From assembly GCA_963716745.1 (NCBI GenBank), contig OY970320.1, forward strand, positions 32,001-96,000: a stretch of 64,000 bases of DNA, read 5' to 3'. This document shows positions 28,766 through 38,819 of this stretch, piece by piece. The stretch comes from an uncultured Gemmatimonadaceae bacterium (GTDB taxonomy: Bacteria; Gemmatimonadota; Gemmatimonadetes; Gemmatimonadales; Gemmatimonadaceae). Both the position numbers and the translations under genes were made by a program. Numbering within the stretch: the stretch's first letter is position 1; each line of letters opens with the position of its first letter. The notes below the pieces were generated by a model. The model worked only from the letters and a program-made list of their open reading frames with translations, had not been told where the DNA came from and made no database searches.

Positions 28766-30132
28766 CCGCTCCGGTCGGGTTCTGGACGCTCGACCGGGTG
28801 GGTGCGGCGCTGGCACGGGAGCTCACGGGAGCGCGGCCCGCGGGGCACGAAGCGATCCGCGGTATCACGACCGACACGCGCGCACTGCAGGCCGGCGACT
28901 GCTTCGTCGCGCTGCGCGGTGAACGGTTCGACGCGCATGAGTTCCTGGCGGGCGCGGTGGCGTCGGGCGCCGCAGCCGTCGTGATCGACCGGCCGGTGCT
29001 CGCGCGCGCGCTTGGCGTGCCGGTGTTCGCGGTGCGCGACACGCTCGCGGCGCTCGGTGCCCTCGCGCATTTCCGGCGCCGCGCCTGGGGCGGTCCGGTG
29101 CTCGGCGTCGGCGGTTCGGCGGGGAAGACCACCACGAAGGATCTGCTCGCGGCCGCGCTCGGTGCGCGGCTCGACGTGCACGCCACGAGCGGGAATCTCA
29201 ACAATCTCATCGGCGTGCCGCTCACGCTGCTCGCGATGCCTGATCACAGCGACGTCGCGGTGGTCGAGATGGGGATGAACGTGCCCGGCGAGATGGAGCG
29301 ACTGCGCGGCATCGCGGCGCCCGACCTCGCGATCGTGACGGGCGTGTCGGAGGAGCATCTCGAAGGACTGGGCAGCCTGGACGGCGTGATGCGCGAGGAG
29401 ACGGCCATCTTCGACGGCGCCTCGATCGCGATCACGCCCGCGGCGCAGCCCGAGATCGCCGCGGCGGCCAAGGGGCGCGCTCGCCGCGTCATCCAAGTGG
29501 GTCTCGGTGAAGGCGACGTACGCGCCACGCGCTGGTCGATCGGCGCCGACGGGTTGGGCGAGATCCTGTTCGAAGGCGCCACGGTGCGGCCGCCGGCGCG
29601 CGGCGAACACAATCTGCGCAACGCGATGCTCGCGCTCGCGGCGGCGCGCGAGTGCGGCGTGAGCGCGGAAGACGCCGCGCGCGGCATGGCGGGCGCGAAG
29701 CTCTCCAAGATGCGCGTGTCGTGGGAGCCGCTGGGCAACGCGACGCTCATCAACGACGCCTACAATGCGAGCCCCGCGTCGATGCGCGCCGCGCTCGACC
29801 TGCTCGCGGGTTCGGGCGGTGGGCGCCAGCGTGTGGCGGTACTCGGCGGCATGCGCGAACTCGGCGCGCACGCGGCGCGGCTGCACGATGAGGTGGCGCG
29901 GTACGCGCTCGCGTCGAAGGCCGAAGTGATCGCCGGGATCGGCGAGCTCGGTGCGGCGCTCCGGGATGCGGGGCGCGATGACCCGCGCGTGGTTACGGCG
30001 CGCGACATCGACGACCTGTGGCCGGCGCTGGAGCCGCGCCTCAAGCGGGATGCGGTTATCCTTCTCAAGGCATCGCGCGGCGTGCAGCTCGAACGCCTCC
30101 TTCCGCAACTCAACGCCTGGTCTGTGCGCTAG
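28762..30132 (+). CDS. murF: UDP-MurNAc-pentapeptide synthetase
   Basis: GSAGKTTTK, NNLIGVPLT, EMGMN, NDAYNASP, ILLKASRG. Confidence 0.95.
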   Translation: MTAPVGFWTLDRVGAALARELTGARPAGHEAIRGITTDTRALQAGDCFVALRGERFDAHEFLAGAVASGAAAVVIDRPVLARALGVPVFAVRDTLAALGALAHFRRRAWGGPVLGVGGSAGKTTTKDLLAAALGARLDVHATSGNLNNLIGVPLTLLAMPDHSDVAVVEMGMNVPGEMERLRGIAAPDLAIVTGVSEEHLEGLGSLDGVMREETAIFDGASIAITPAAQPEIAAAAKGRARRVIQVGLGEGDVRATRWSIGADGLGEILFEGATVRPPARGEHNLRNAMLALAAARECGVSAEDAARGMAGAKLSKMRVSWEPLGNATLINDAYNASPASMRAALDLLAGSGGGRQRVAVLGGMRELGAHAARLHDEVARYALASKAEVIAGIGELGAALRDAGRDDPRVVTARDIDDLWPALEPRLKRDAVILLKASRGVQLERLLPQLNAWSVR

Positions 30133-31273
30133 TGTTCTACCTCCTGACGCAACTCACCGGCGCGTGCCGCGTGTGCGGCGTGTTCAACGTCTTCAACTAC
30201 ATCACGTTCCGCTCGGCGGGCGCCGCGGTGACGGCAATGTTCATCGTCTTCCTGATCGGGCCGGCCACCATCGCGCGCCTGCGCGCGATGCGCGTGAACC
30301 AGGGCGTGCGCGAAGGCACGCCGGATTCGCATCAGAGCAAAGGCAACACGCCGACCATGGGCGGCGTGATCATCCTCATCGCGGGACTCCTGCCCACCGT
30401 GCTCTGGGCGCGCCTCAGCAACCGGTACATCTGGATCGCGATCGCCGTCACGGCGTGGATGGGCGCGATCGGGTTCATCGATGATTACCTGAAATTGCGG
30501 CAGCAGCGCGAAGGGAAGAAGAACCAGGGACTGATCGAGCGCTACAAGCTCGTGGGGCAGGTCGCGATCGGCATCGCGCTGGGCGTGTGGCTCTGGCTCG
30601 ACCCGCTCTCGCAATCTGCCCGGGCGCCTCCAGCACGCTGCCGTTCTACAAGTACGTCCTCGTCGTGCCGATGTTCGCGTGGATGTACGTGCCCTGGGTG
30701 GCGTTCGTGCTCACCGGCGTCAGCAACGCGGTGAATCTCACCGATGGACTGGATGGACTGGCGGCCGGTCTCTCGGCGATCGCCTTCGCGACCTTCGGGC
30801 TGTTCGCGTACGTGATCGGCCGATCGGACACGAGCCATTATCTCCAGATCTATTATCTGCCGGGCTCCGGTGAGCTGGCGGTCTTCTGCGCGGCCATCAT
30901 CGGCGGGCTGATCGGATTCCTCTGGTACAACACGTATCCGGCGCAGGTCTTCATGGGCGACACGGGATCGCTCGCGCTCGGCGGCGCGCTCGGTGCGGTG
31001 GCGATCCTGCTCAAATCGGAATTCCTGCTGGTGCTGATCGGGGGTGTGTTCGTCGCCGAGACCGTGTCGGTGATCCTCCAGCGTTCCGTGTTCAAACAGC
31101 GGAAGCGCGCGCGCGGCGTGGAGTACGCGCGCGCGCACCGCGTGTTCCTGCGCGCGCCGGTGCATCATCATTTCGAGATGAAAGGGTGGAGTGAATCGCA
31201 GGTGGTGGTGCGCTTCTGGATCCTCGGGATCCTCTGCGCGCTCATCGCGCTCAGCACGCTGAAGCTGCGATGA
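30132..31273 (+). CDS. mraY: Phospho-MurNAc-pentapeptide translocase (apparent frameshift at ~30612-30620)
   Basis: TPTMGG, GFIDDY; then NAVNLTDGLDGL, FMGDTGS, APVHHHFE in a second frame. Confidence 0.94.
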
Positions 31274-32640
31274 TCCCCGCGGCCTGGCGCGCCGGGGAGA
31301 CGGCGGTGATCGGGCTCGGGAAGAGCGGTTCCGCGGCCGCCGAACTGCTGGCTCGCGACGGACTCACAGTGTACGCCTCCGACGCCGGCACGGGCGCGGA
31401 GCTCGACGCGACGGCGGTGCGGCTTCGCGCGGCCGGCGTGACCGTGGATGTCGGCCGCCACGATCTCGACCGCATCGCGCGCGCGGCGCTCGTGGTCGCG
31501 AGCCCCGGCGTGCCGCCCGAAGCGCCGCCGCTCGCGCGGGCCCGCGCGGCGGGCGTCGCGATCGTGAGCGAGGTGGAGGTCGGGCTGCACCATCTCAGCG
31601 GCGTACCCTACATCGCGATCACCGGCACGAACGGCAAGACCACGACGACCGCGCTCATCGCGCACCTGCTGCGCGCGCTCGGCGTGACGGGCGCCGTGGA
31701 TGCGGGGAACATCGGCACGCCGGTGTGCGCGCTCGCGCTCGCGGTCGCGCCGCCGGCGGTGATGGTGCTGGAGATGTCGAGCTTCCAACTGCACGATACG
31801 CCAGGCATCAAGCCGGCCGTGGGCGTGCTCACGAATCTGACGCCGGACCATCTCGACCGGTATCCGTCGATCGAGGAGTATTACGAAGACAAACTGCTCC
31901 TCTTCCGGAACTCGGATGCGCGCTCGCGCACCGTGCTGAACGCCGACGACAAGGAGTCGATGTTCCGCGCGCGGCCGGCGGGCGCGGTGAGTTGTTTTTC
32001 GGTGCACAGCGTGGAGGACGCGTGGTATGACCGCGCGGCGGGCGAACTGTTCGTGCATGGCGAACAGCCACTAATGGCGCGGCGCGACCTGCCATTGATC
32101 GGCGACCACAATGTGGCGAACGCGCTCGCCGCCGTGCTGGCCGTGATGGACTTCGACGAGGCGTACCGAACGCCCGACGCGCGCCGGCGCATCGCCGATG
32201 GCCTGCGTGCGTTCCGCGCACTGCCGCACCGCCTCGAGACCGTCGGCGAATATGGCGGCGTGGTCTGGATCAACGACTCGAAGGCGACGAACGTGAGTTC
32301 CGCCCTCGTCGCGATCGAAGGGATGACACGGCCCGCGGTGGTGCTGCTCGGCGGACGGCACAAGGGCGAGCCGTACGCGGCGCTCGTCGAGCCGTTGCGC
32401 CGAAAGGCCAAGGCGGTGATCGCGTACGGCGAGGCGGGCGCGCAGATCGCGTACGAGCTCGACTCCGTCGTGCCGGTGGAGCGCATGGGCGCCGATTTCG
32501 AGGCGGTGATCGCGCGGGCGCGCGCGCTCGCCGCGCCGGGCGACGCCGTGCTCCTCAGCCCGGCGTGCTCGAGCTACGACATGTTCACGAACTACCTGGA
32601 GCGCGGCGCGGCGTTCCGTCGCCTCGCGGCCGGCGCATGA
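31270..32640 (+). CDS. murD: UDP-MurNAc-L-Ala--D-Glu ligase
   Basis: GLGKSG, ITGTNGKTTT, EMSSFQL, DHLDRY, NDSKATN, LSPACSSYD. Confidence 0.96.
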   Translation: MIPAAWRAGETAVIGLGKSGSAAAELLARDGLTVYASDAGTGAELDATAVRLRAAGVTVDVGRHDLDRIARAALVVASPGVPPEAPPLARARAAGVAIVSEVEVGLHHLSGVPYIAITGTNGKTTTTALIAHLLRALGVTGAVDAGNIGTPVCALALAVAPPAVMVLEMSSFQLHDTPGIKPAVGVLTNLTPDHLDRYPSIEEYYEDKLLLFRNSDARSRTVLNADDKESMFRARPAGAVSCFSVHSVEDAWYDRAAGELFVHGEQPLMARRDLPLIGDHNVANALAAVLAVMDFDEAYRTPDARRRIADGLRAFRALPHRLETVGEYGGVVWINDSKATNVSSALVAIEGMTRPAVVLLGGRHKGEPYAALVEPLRRKAKAVIAYGEAGAQIAYELDSVVPVERMGADFEAVIARARALAAPGDAVLLSPACSSYDMFTNYLERGAAFRRLAAGA

Positions 32641-33815
32641 CCGCGCCCGCGAGACCGCTCGCGCGCGAACGCTGGCGCATGGGCGTCGAGGCGCGCGCGC
32701 TCGTGATCGTGAGCGCGGTGCTGCTCGCATTCGGCCTCGCGGTGCTGTACAGCGCGAGCCAGTTCCTGGCCGTGAGCGAGCATCATGGGAGCGCCTACTA
32801 TGTTTGGCTGCAGATGAGCGGCGTGGCCATCGGCATCGTCGCGTTCGCGTTCGCGGCGAAGCTCGACGCCGAGCGGTGGCGCGAATGGGCGTGGCCGCTG
32901 CTCGGCGTGAGCATCGTGCTGCTTCTCATTCCAGTCATCCCGGGCATCCCGTACATCGCGCCCAAGATCCACGGGTCGCGCCGGTGGATCCGCCTGGGGC
33001 TCACGTTCCAGCCGTCCGAGTTCGCGAAGTTCACTGTGATCGCGTGGACCGCCATGCTCGTGGTGAAGAAGGGTGACGCGTTGCGCCGGTTCACCACGGG
33101 GCTGCTGCCCTTCGTCGTGGTGCTGCTCGTGATGAGCGTGCTCGTGATCCTCGAGCCCGATCTCTCGATGGTGATGACGTTCGTCCTCCTCATGGGCGTG
33201 GTGCTCTTCGCCGGCGGCGTGCGCCTGGGTCACGGCCTGCTCCTCGGCGCGCTCGCGCTGCCGCTCATCTGGAAGCTGGTGGAGCGCGTCCAGTACGCGC
33301 TGCTCCGCATGACCTCGTTCCTCGACCCCGGAAAGGCGCCGACCGAGGCGAGCTATCAGCTCAAGCAGTCGTTGATCGCTGTCGGATCCGGCGGATTCTT
33401 CGGCGTGGGGTTCGGGCAAGGGAAGCAGCAGACCGGATTCCTGCCGTTCCCCTTCAACGATTTCATCGGCAGCAACATCGGCGAGGAGTGGGGATTCCTC
33501 GGCCTCATCGGCGTGACCGCGCTGTTCGCGCTCTATGGCTGGCTGGGCTTTCGCATCGCGAAGCAGGCGCGCACACCGTTCCAGCAGCTGCTGGCGCTCG
33601 GGATGACGTTCTGTACGGTGAGTACCGCGTACCTGCATCTTGGCGTCGTGATCGGACTCCTGCCGACGACCGGGCTCACGCTGCCATTCGTGAGCTACGG
33701 GCGCACGAATCTCGTGCTCACTATTCTCATGACGGGGATCCTCGTGAACATCGGGAGCACGCGCGAACGCGTCGCGCTGCGCGTGCCTACGGACCCGCTC
33801 TCGGTGGCGCGCTGA
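32637..33815 (+). CDS. ftsW: SEDS peptidoglycan polymerase FtsW
   Basis: RRWI..FQPSEFAK, EPD, IGEEWG, GLTLPFVSYG; multi-TM; in dcw cluster. Confidence 0.93.
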   Translation: MTAPARPLARERWRMGVEARALVIVSAVLLAFGLAVLYSASQFLAVSEHHGSAYYVWLQMSGVAIGIVAFAFAAKLDAERWREWAWPLLGVSIVLLLIPVIPGIPYIAPKIHGSRRWIRLGLTFQPSEFAKFTVIAWTAMLVVKKGDALRRFTTGLLPFVVVLLVMSVLVILEPDLSMVMTFVLLMGVVLFAGGVRLGHGLLLGALALPLIWKLVERVQYALLRMTSFLDPGKAPTEASYQLKQSLIAVGSGGFFGVGFGQGKQQTGFLPFPFNDFIGSNIGEEWGFLGLIGVTALFALYGWLGFRIAKQARTPFQQLLALGMTFCTVSTAYLHLGVVIGLLPTTGLTLPFVSYGRTNLVLTILMTGILVNIGSTRERVALRVPTDPLSVAR

Positions 33816-34907
33816 TGCGCGTGGTGTTCGCGGGCGGCGGCACGGGCGGGCATCTCGTATCCCGGGCTCGCGATCGCGCGCGCGCTCGTGCGCATTGCGC
33901 CGCAGGCGCGGCCGATGTTCATCGGTGCCCAACGGGGTGTCGAGCGCGATGTGCTCCCCGGTGCCGGCTTCGAGTATCAACTGCTCGATCTGCATCCGCT
34001 CTATCGCACGCAGCCGCTCCAGAATGTGCGCACGATCGGCGGCCTGCTCACATCGTTCGCGGCGCTCACGCGCATCTACTCCGTCGATCGGCCGGCGGTG
34101 GTCGTAGGCACGGGAGGATACGCATCGGGCGCCGCGCTCGGCGTGGCGCTCGCGGCCCGGATCCCGATCGCGCTACAGGAGCAGAACGGCGCCCCGGGGA
34201 TGACCACGAAATGGTTCTCGCAGTATGCGCGCGCGATCTTCCTTGGCGTTCCCGAGGGCGCGACCGGACTCAGAGTGCGCGACATGTCGGTGCTCGTCGA
34301 CACCGGCAACCCCATCGAACCGCCGCCCGTGCCGCGCCCCGATCGCCGCGCGGCGCGCCGCGCGTGGGGATTCGCCGAGAGCGGCGCGCCGGTGCTGCTC
34401 GTCACCGGCGGCAGTCAGGGCGCGCGCGCGATCAACGATGCCATGGCAGGATGGGTCGGACGCGGGCTCCCCGACGCGCTCAATGTGATCTGGGCGACGG
34501 GCAAGACTGACTACGATCGCTACGCAACGCACGCATCGCCGCGCGTCGTGGTGCGCCCCTATCTCTCGCCGATCGCCGACGCCTACGCCGCGGCCGATCT
34601 GGCGCTCACCCGCGCCGGCGCGCTCACGCTCGCCGAACTCTGCGCGTGGGGCATTCCCTCGGTGCTCGTGCCGCTCCCCACCGCCGCCGCCGACCACCAG
34701 ACGGTCAACGCGCGAGCGCACGAGGCCGCCGGCGCGGGCCTCGTGCTCACGCAGGACGAACTCACCGTCGACCGTCTCGCGAATAAAGTGGGCGTGCTCT
34801 CCGCCGACGCGTCGCGCCTCAATGCGCTCGCCGCCGCCGCGCGCGCCCGTGCGCGCCCCGATGCCGCGGCGGACATCGCGCGGCGCATACTCGCCCTCGC
34901 GCGGTAG
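33815..34907 (+). CDS. murG: MurG glycosyltransferase (apparent frameshift at ~33857)
   Basis: AGGGTGGH(L-YPG), GTGGYAS, QEQN, GGSQGA, RAGALT.AEL, DHQ. Confidence 0.94.
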
Positions 34908-34980
34908 GAGACGCACGACTCGTTCCTCCTCACGTACTTGAGAGATTCATCGCGCGAGCGCCGTATATTCGTCGCGCCGA

Positions 34981-36357
34981 ATGTCACTTCTCGATCTCTC
35001 CGATCCGCGCCCCATCCATTTCGTGGGGGCGGCCGGCGCGGGCATGAGCGCGCTGGCCGAGTTGTTCGCCCGCCGCGGCGCCACGGTCACCGGCTGCGAC
35101 GCCGCCGGAGGGAACGCCGACCTCGACCGTCTCGGGATCCCGGTGCACGTGGGCCACGCCGCCGCGCACGCCGAGACGGCGCGCGCGCTCGTCGTCACGT
35201 CGGCGATGCCGCACGATCATCCCGAGCTCGCGCGCGGCCGCGCGCTCGGCATCCCCGTGATCCGCCGCGCCGAGGCGCTCGCCGAGGCGGTGGCGGGGAG
35301 CTACGTGATCGGGATCGCCGGCACGCACGGCAAGACCACCACCACGGTCATGACCACCGTGGCGCTCACCGCCGCGGGACTCGCGCCCACCGGCGTCGCC
35401 GGCGGCCGCGTGGGCGCGTGGCAGGGCAATCTCAGCACCGGCGGCGACGCGCTGTTCGTCGTGGAGGCGGACGAATACGACCGCTCCTTCCTCGCGCTGC
35501 GCTGCGAGATTGCGGTGATCACGAACGTCGAGGCCGATCATCTCGACATCTATCGCGACTTGAGCGACATCCGCGCCGCCTTCGCCGAATTCGCATCGCA
35601 CGCGATCACGCTGGTGCAGTGCGCCGATGATCCCGGCGCGAACGCCGTGCCGGCCGCATCCGGCGCGCAGGTGATCCGCTACGGACTCACGAGTCCGGAT
35701 GCGCGGCTCGTCGCGCGCGACGTGCGCCCGGTGAATGGCGGCACCACGTTCACGCCGGTGTTCGACGGCAAGGTGCTGCCCGACGTGACGCTGCGCGTGC
35801 CCGGTGTGCACAACGTGCTCAACGCGCTCGCGGCGCTCGCCGCCGGACTCGGCCTCGGCGCGGATGCCGCGGGCATGATCGCGGGGCTCGGGACGTTCAC
35901 CGGCGTCGAGCGCCGCTTCCAGCGCCTCGGCGACGCGCGCGGCGTCACGATCGTGGACGACTACGCGCATCATCCCACGGAGATCCGCGCCACGCTCGCA
36001 GCGGCGCGCGCGGCGTTCCCGGGACGCCGGCTCGTCGCCGCGTTCCAGCCGCATCTCTTCACGCGCACGCGCGATTTCGCCGCCGAGTTCGGCGCGGCGC
36101 TCGCGACCGCCGATCTCATCTTCCTCACCGAGATCTATCCGGCGCGCGAGCAGCCACTGCCGGGCGTGAGTTCGGAATTGATCGTGCGCGCGCTGCGCGA
36201 TGCCGGCGCGCCGCTCGCCTGGCGCGGCGACCGCAAGCAGCTCGCCGCGGCGCTCGGTGCCGCCGTGCGCGAGGGCGACGTGGTGATCACGCTCGGCGCG
36301 GGCGACATCACGCACACGGGGCCCGAATTGCTCGCACAGCTCGAGGCGGCGGCCTGA
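34981..36357 (+). CDS. murC: UDP-MurNAc--L-Ala ligase
   Basis: GMSALA, GTHGKTTTT, EADEYD, DDYAHHPTE, FQPH. Confidence 0.96.
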   Translation: MSLLDLSDPRPIHFVGAAGAGMSALAELFARRGATVTGCDAAGGNADLDRLGIPVHVGHAAAHAETARALVVTSAMPHDHPELARGRALGIPVIRRAEALAEAVAGSYVIGIAGTHGKTTTTVMTTVALTAAGLAPTGVAGGRVGAWQGNLSTGGDALFVVEADEYDRSFLALRCEIAVITNVEADHLDIYRDLSDIRAAFAEFASHAITLVQCADDPGANAVPAASGAQVIRYGLTSPDARLVARDVRPVNGGTTFTPVFDGKVLPDVTLRVPGVHNVLNALAALAAGLGLGADAAGMIAGLGTFTGVERRFQRLGDARGVTIVDDYAHHPTEIRATLAAARAAFPGRRLVAAFQPHLFTRTRDFAAEFGAALATADLIFLTEIYPAREQPLPGVSSELIVRALRDAGAPLAWRGDRKQLAAALGAAVREGDVVITLGAGDITHTGPELLAQLEAAA

Positions 36358-37061
36358 TGGCGCGGGCGGCGGACGAGAAGCGTCCGTTCCCGTGGCGCGC
36401 GGCGGCCGCCGCGGCGCTCGCCGTCGTGCTCTTCCTGGCGCCGTGGTGGTCGCCGCCGCTGCTCGCGCACCTCGCGTTCTTCCGGGTGCGGCGGGTGGAA
36501 GTGAACGGCACGCATTACATTCAAGCCGATGACATCTACCGGCGTCTCCGGCTCGACAGCACCGCCAGCGTGTGGGATGACACCCGCCCGCTCGAGCGGC
36601 GGCTCGCGTCGCTCGCCGGCGTGCGCAGCGTGACGATCTCGCGCAAACTCCCGGCCACGCTCGTCGTGCAGGTGACCGAGCGCTCGCCCGTCGCGTTCGT
36701 GCCCTCGGCATCGGGGCTCCGCGCGGCGGATGGCGAGGGCAACCTCCTGCCGCTCGATCCGAGCCGCGTCGCGGTGGACCTGCCCGTGCTCGAGCGGCTC
36801 GACACTGCGCTCGTGAAGCTCCTCGCCGACGTTCGCAGCCAGAGCCCGGCGCTCTTCGACCAGATCAGTTCGGCGCGCCGCGCGTCGCCGGGCGAGATCA
36901 CGCTCGCCGTGAGCGGCGTGGTCGTGCGTGCGAAACCGAACATCTCCGCCAGCCGTCTAGCCGATATCATTCCCGTCGAGCAGGATCTCGCGCGCCGCGG
37001 CGCGCATCCGGCCGAGCTCGATCTCCGTTTCCGTGACCAGGTCATAGCCAAACTGCAATGA
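36357..37061 (+). CDS. ftsQ: FtsQ/DivIB-type POTRA protein
   Basis: Single TM, F.VRRVEVNG POTRA domain, C-terminal DLRFRDQV; precedes ftsA. Confidence 0.85.
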   Translation: MARAADEKRPFPWRAAAAAALAVVLFLAPWWSPPLLAHLAFFRVRRVEVNGTHYIQADDIYRRLRLDSTASVWDDTRPLERRLASLAGVRSVTISRKLPATLVVQVTERSPVAFVPSASGLRAADGEGNLLPLDPSRVAVDLPVLERLDTALVKLLADVRSQSPALFDQISSARRASPGEITLAVSGVVVRAKPNISASRLADIIPVEQDLARRGAHPAELDLRFRDQVIAKLQ

Positions 37062-38323
37062 ATCCTGAACGCTTGGTCGCCGGACTCGACATCGGCTCCG
37101 CGAAGACGACGGCGATCATCGCCGAGGTGGTCGGCGACATGCCGAAGCATCCGAAGGTCCGCGTGCTGGGCGTCGGCTCGGCGCGCACCGCCGGCCTGCG
37201 CAAAGGCGTCGTGTCGGATATCGAGGAGACGACGCGCTCGATCCAGCAGGCGATGACCGACGCCGAGCGGATGGCGGGCGTCGAGGTGGAATTCGTGTAC
37301 GCCGGCATCGCGGGCGAGCACGTGCAGGCGATGACGAGCCAGGGCGTCGTCGCCGTGAACGGCGAGGAGGTCACGCGCGCCGATGTCGAGCGCGCGCACG
37401 AGGTGGCGCGCGCGCAGCCGATCCCCACCGATCGCGAATTGCTCCACGCGATGCCGCAGGAATACCAGGTCGACAAAGAGAAGGGGATCCGCGATCCGGT
37501 GGGCATGATCGGGATGCGTCTCGAGACCGACATGTACCTCGTCACGATCGGCGTGTCGCCGGCGATGAACCTGCGCAAGGCGGTGGAGCGCGCCGGCTAT
37601 CGCGTGCGCGAGCTCGTGCTCGAGCCGCTCGCGAGCGCGTTCGCGGTGCTCACCGATGACGAGAAGGAACTCGGCGTGGCGCTCGTGGAGATGGGCGCCG
37701 GCACCACGGATCTCGCGATCTTCCAGGATGGAAAGATCCGCTTCCTCGGCACCGTCGCCTTCGGCGGCAACAGCGTGACGAACGACATCGTGCATGGACT
37801 GGGCGTGACGCAGACCGACGCCGAGCGCCTCAAGGAGAAATTCGGCTGCGCCTACGAGCCCAAGTGGGCGCATTCGCCGGAGATCATCCAGTTGCCGAGC
37901 ACCGGCGCGCAGGGCGACCGCCAGATCAAGCGCGAACTGCTCGCGCACATCATCCACCAGCGCATGGACGAGATCTTCGAGCTGGTGGACGCGAAGATCG
38001 CGCAGGCGGGATACGCCGGGAAATTGAGCGCGGGCATCGTGCTCACGGGTGGCGCGGCCGCGATCGATGGCGTGACCGATCTCGCGAGCGACCGTTTCGG
38101 CGTGGGGGCGCGCGTCGGTTCGCCGGCGGACAACGTGGGCGGACTCGCGGATTCCGTGGAGGAGCCTCGCTATGGCACCGTGGTTGGGCTCGCGCTCTAC
38201 GCCGGCCAGCGGATGGCCCAGGGCGTGACAGGCAGCGCCGGCGGCAGCCGCCGCGGCCGAGGCGGAGGCAGCATGAACGGCCTGGTAGAGCGGATCAAGG
38301 TCTGGCTCCAGGACTTTTTTTAG
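37058..38323 (+). CDS. ftsA: Cell division protein FtsA
   Basis: GLDIGSAKT, EMGAGTT, VLTGG, C-terminal amphipathic IKVWLQDFF. Confidence 0.96.
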   Translation: MNPERLVAGLDIGSAKTTAIIAEVVGDMPKHPKVRVLGVGSARTAGLRKGVVSDIEETTRSIQQAMTDAERMAGVEVEFVYAGIAGEHVQAMTSQGVVAVNGEEVTRADVERAHEVARAQPIPTDRELLHAMPQEYQVDKEKGIRDPVGMIGMRLETDMYLVTIGVSPAMNLRKAVERAGYRVRELVLEPLASAFAVLTDDEKELGVALVEMGAGTTDLAIFQDGKIRFLGTVAFGGNSVTNDIVHGLGVTQTDAERLKEKFGCAYEPKWAHSPEIIQLPSTGAQGDRQIKRELLAHIIHQRMDEIFELVDAKIAQAGYAGKLSAGIVLTGGAAAIDGVTDLASDRFGVGARVGSPADNVGGLADSVEEPRYGTVVGLALYAGQRMAQGVTGSAGGSRRGRGGGSMNGLVERIKVWLQDFF

Positions 38324-38376
38324 CCGCCGACAGTCTGTCGCTGTTGCAGCCTCACGTCCTTGCCGCGAAACACATG

Positions 38377-38581
38377 AATCACGGTTCATGTTTAACGGGA
38401 TGCGGCGGATGACAACGCGGATCGATCCCCTGTAAGAACGACGCCCCCGCGCCGAGCACGGTTTCTGTTTTTGTAGTTAACAACAGAATCACTAACGATT
38501 CGAGTTCCAGGAGGCGTCGCCGGCACGCGGAGTCGATCCGCGTTGTCATCCGCCGCATCCCCTTAAACATGAACCGTGATT
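38377..38581. repeat. 49-bp near-perfect inverted repeat flanking a 107-nt spacer with AT-rich core
   Basis: 38377-38425 vs 38533-38581: 48/49 complementary. Confidence 0.9.
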
Positions 38582-38644
38582 TCCGCCTGGGCGCCCCAGC
38601 CTAGGCTGGCGCACGGGCCCAGCCCCGAAATGGCCCTCCCAGAG

Positions 38645-38801
38645 CTATCCACCCCTTTCCACCCCGAGTTATCCACAATTAAGAATTTTGTCCACGGAGG
38701 GTGGCTTGCGCGGCGGAAAGCATTATATTACCGGAGGTTCAGGCTCGAGCCAGTAGACGCCGTAAGCGGTCTTGGCACATAGGCCGCTCAGGTTTTCCAC
38801 T
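38645..38801 (+). promoter_or_regulatory. Cluster of co-oriented DnaA-box-like 9-mers upstream of ftsZ
   Basis: Perfect TTATCCACA (38669-77), plus CTATCCACC (38645), CTTTCCACC (38655), TTGTCCACG (38688), TTTTCCACT (38793). Confidence 0.65.
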
Positions 38802-38819
38802 TCCGGAGCTCTCCTCGCC

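Noticed and set aside
38701..38730. Canonical sigma70 promoter for ftsZ
   Set aside because: TATATT (38724) is a plausible -10, but TTGCGC lies only 12 nt upstream, so no properly spaced -35 could be supported.
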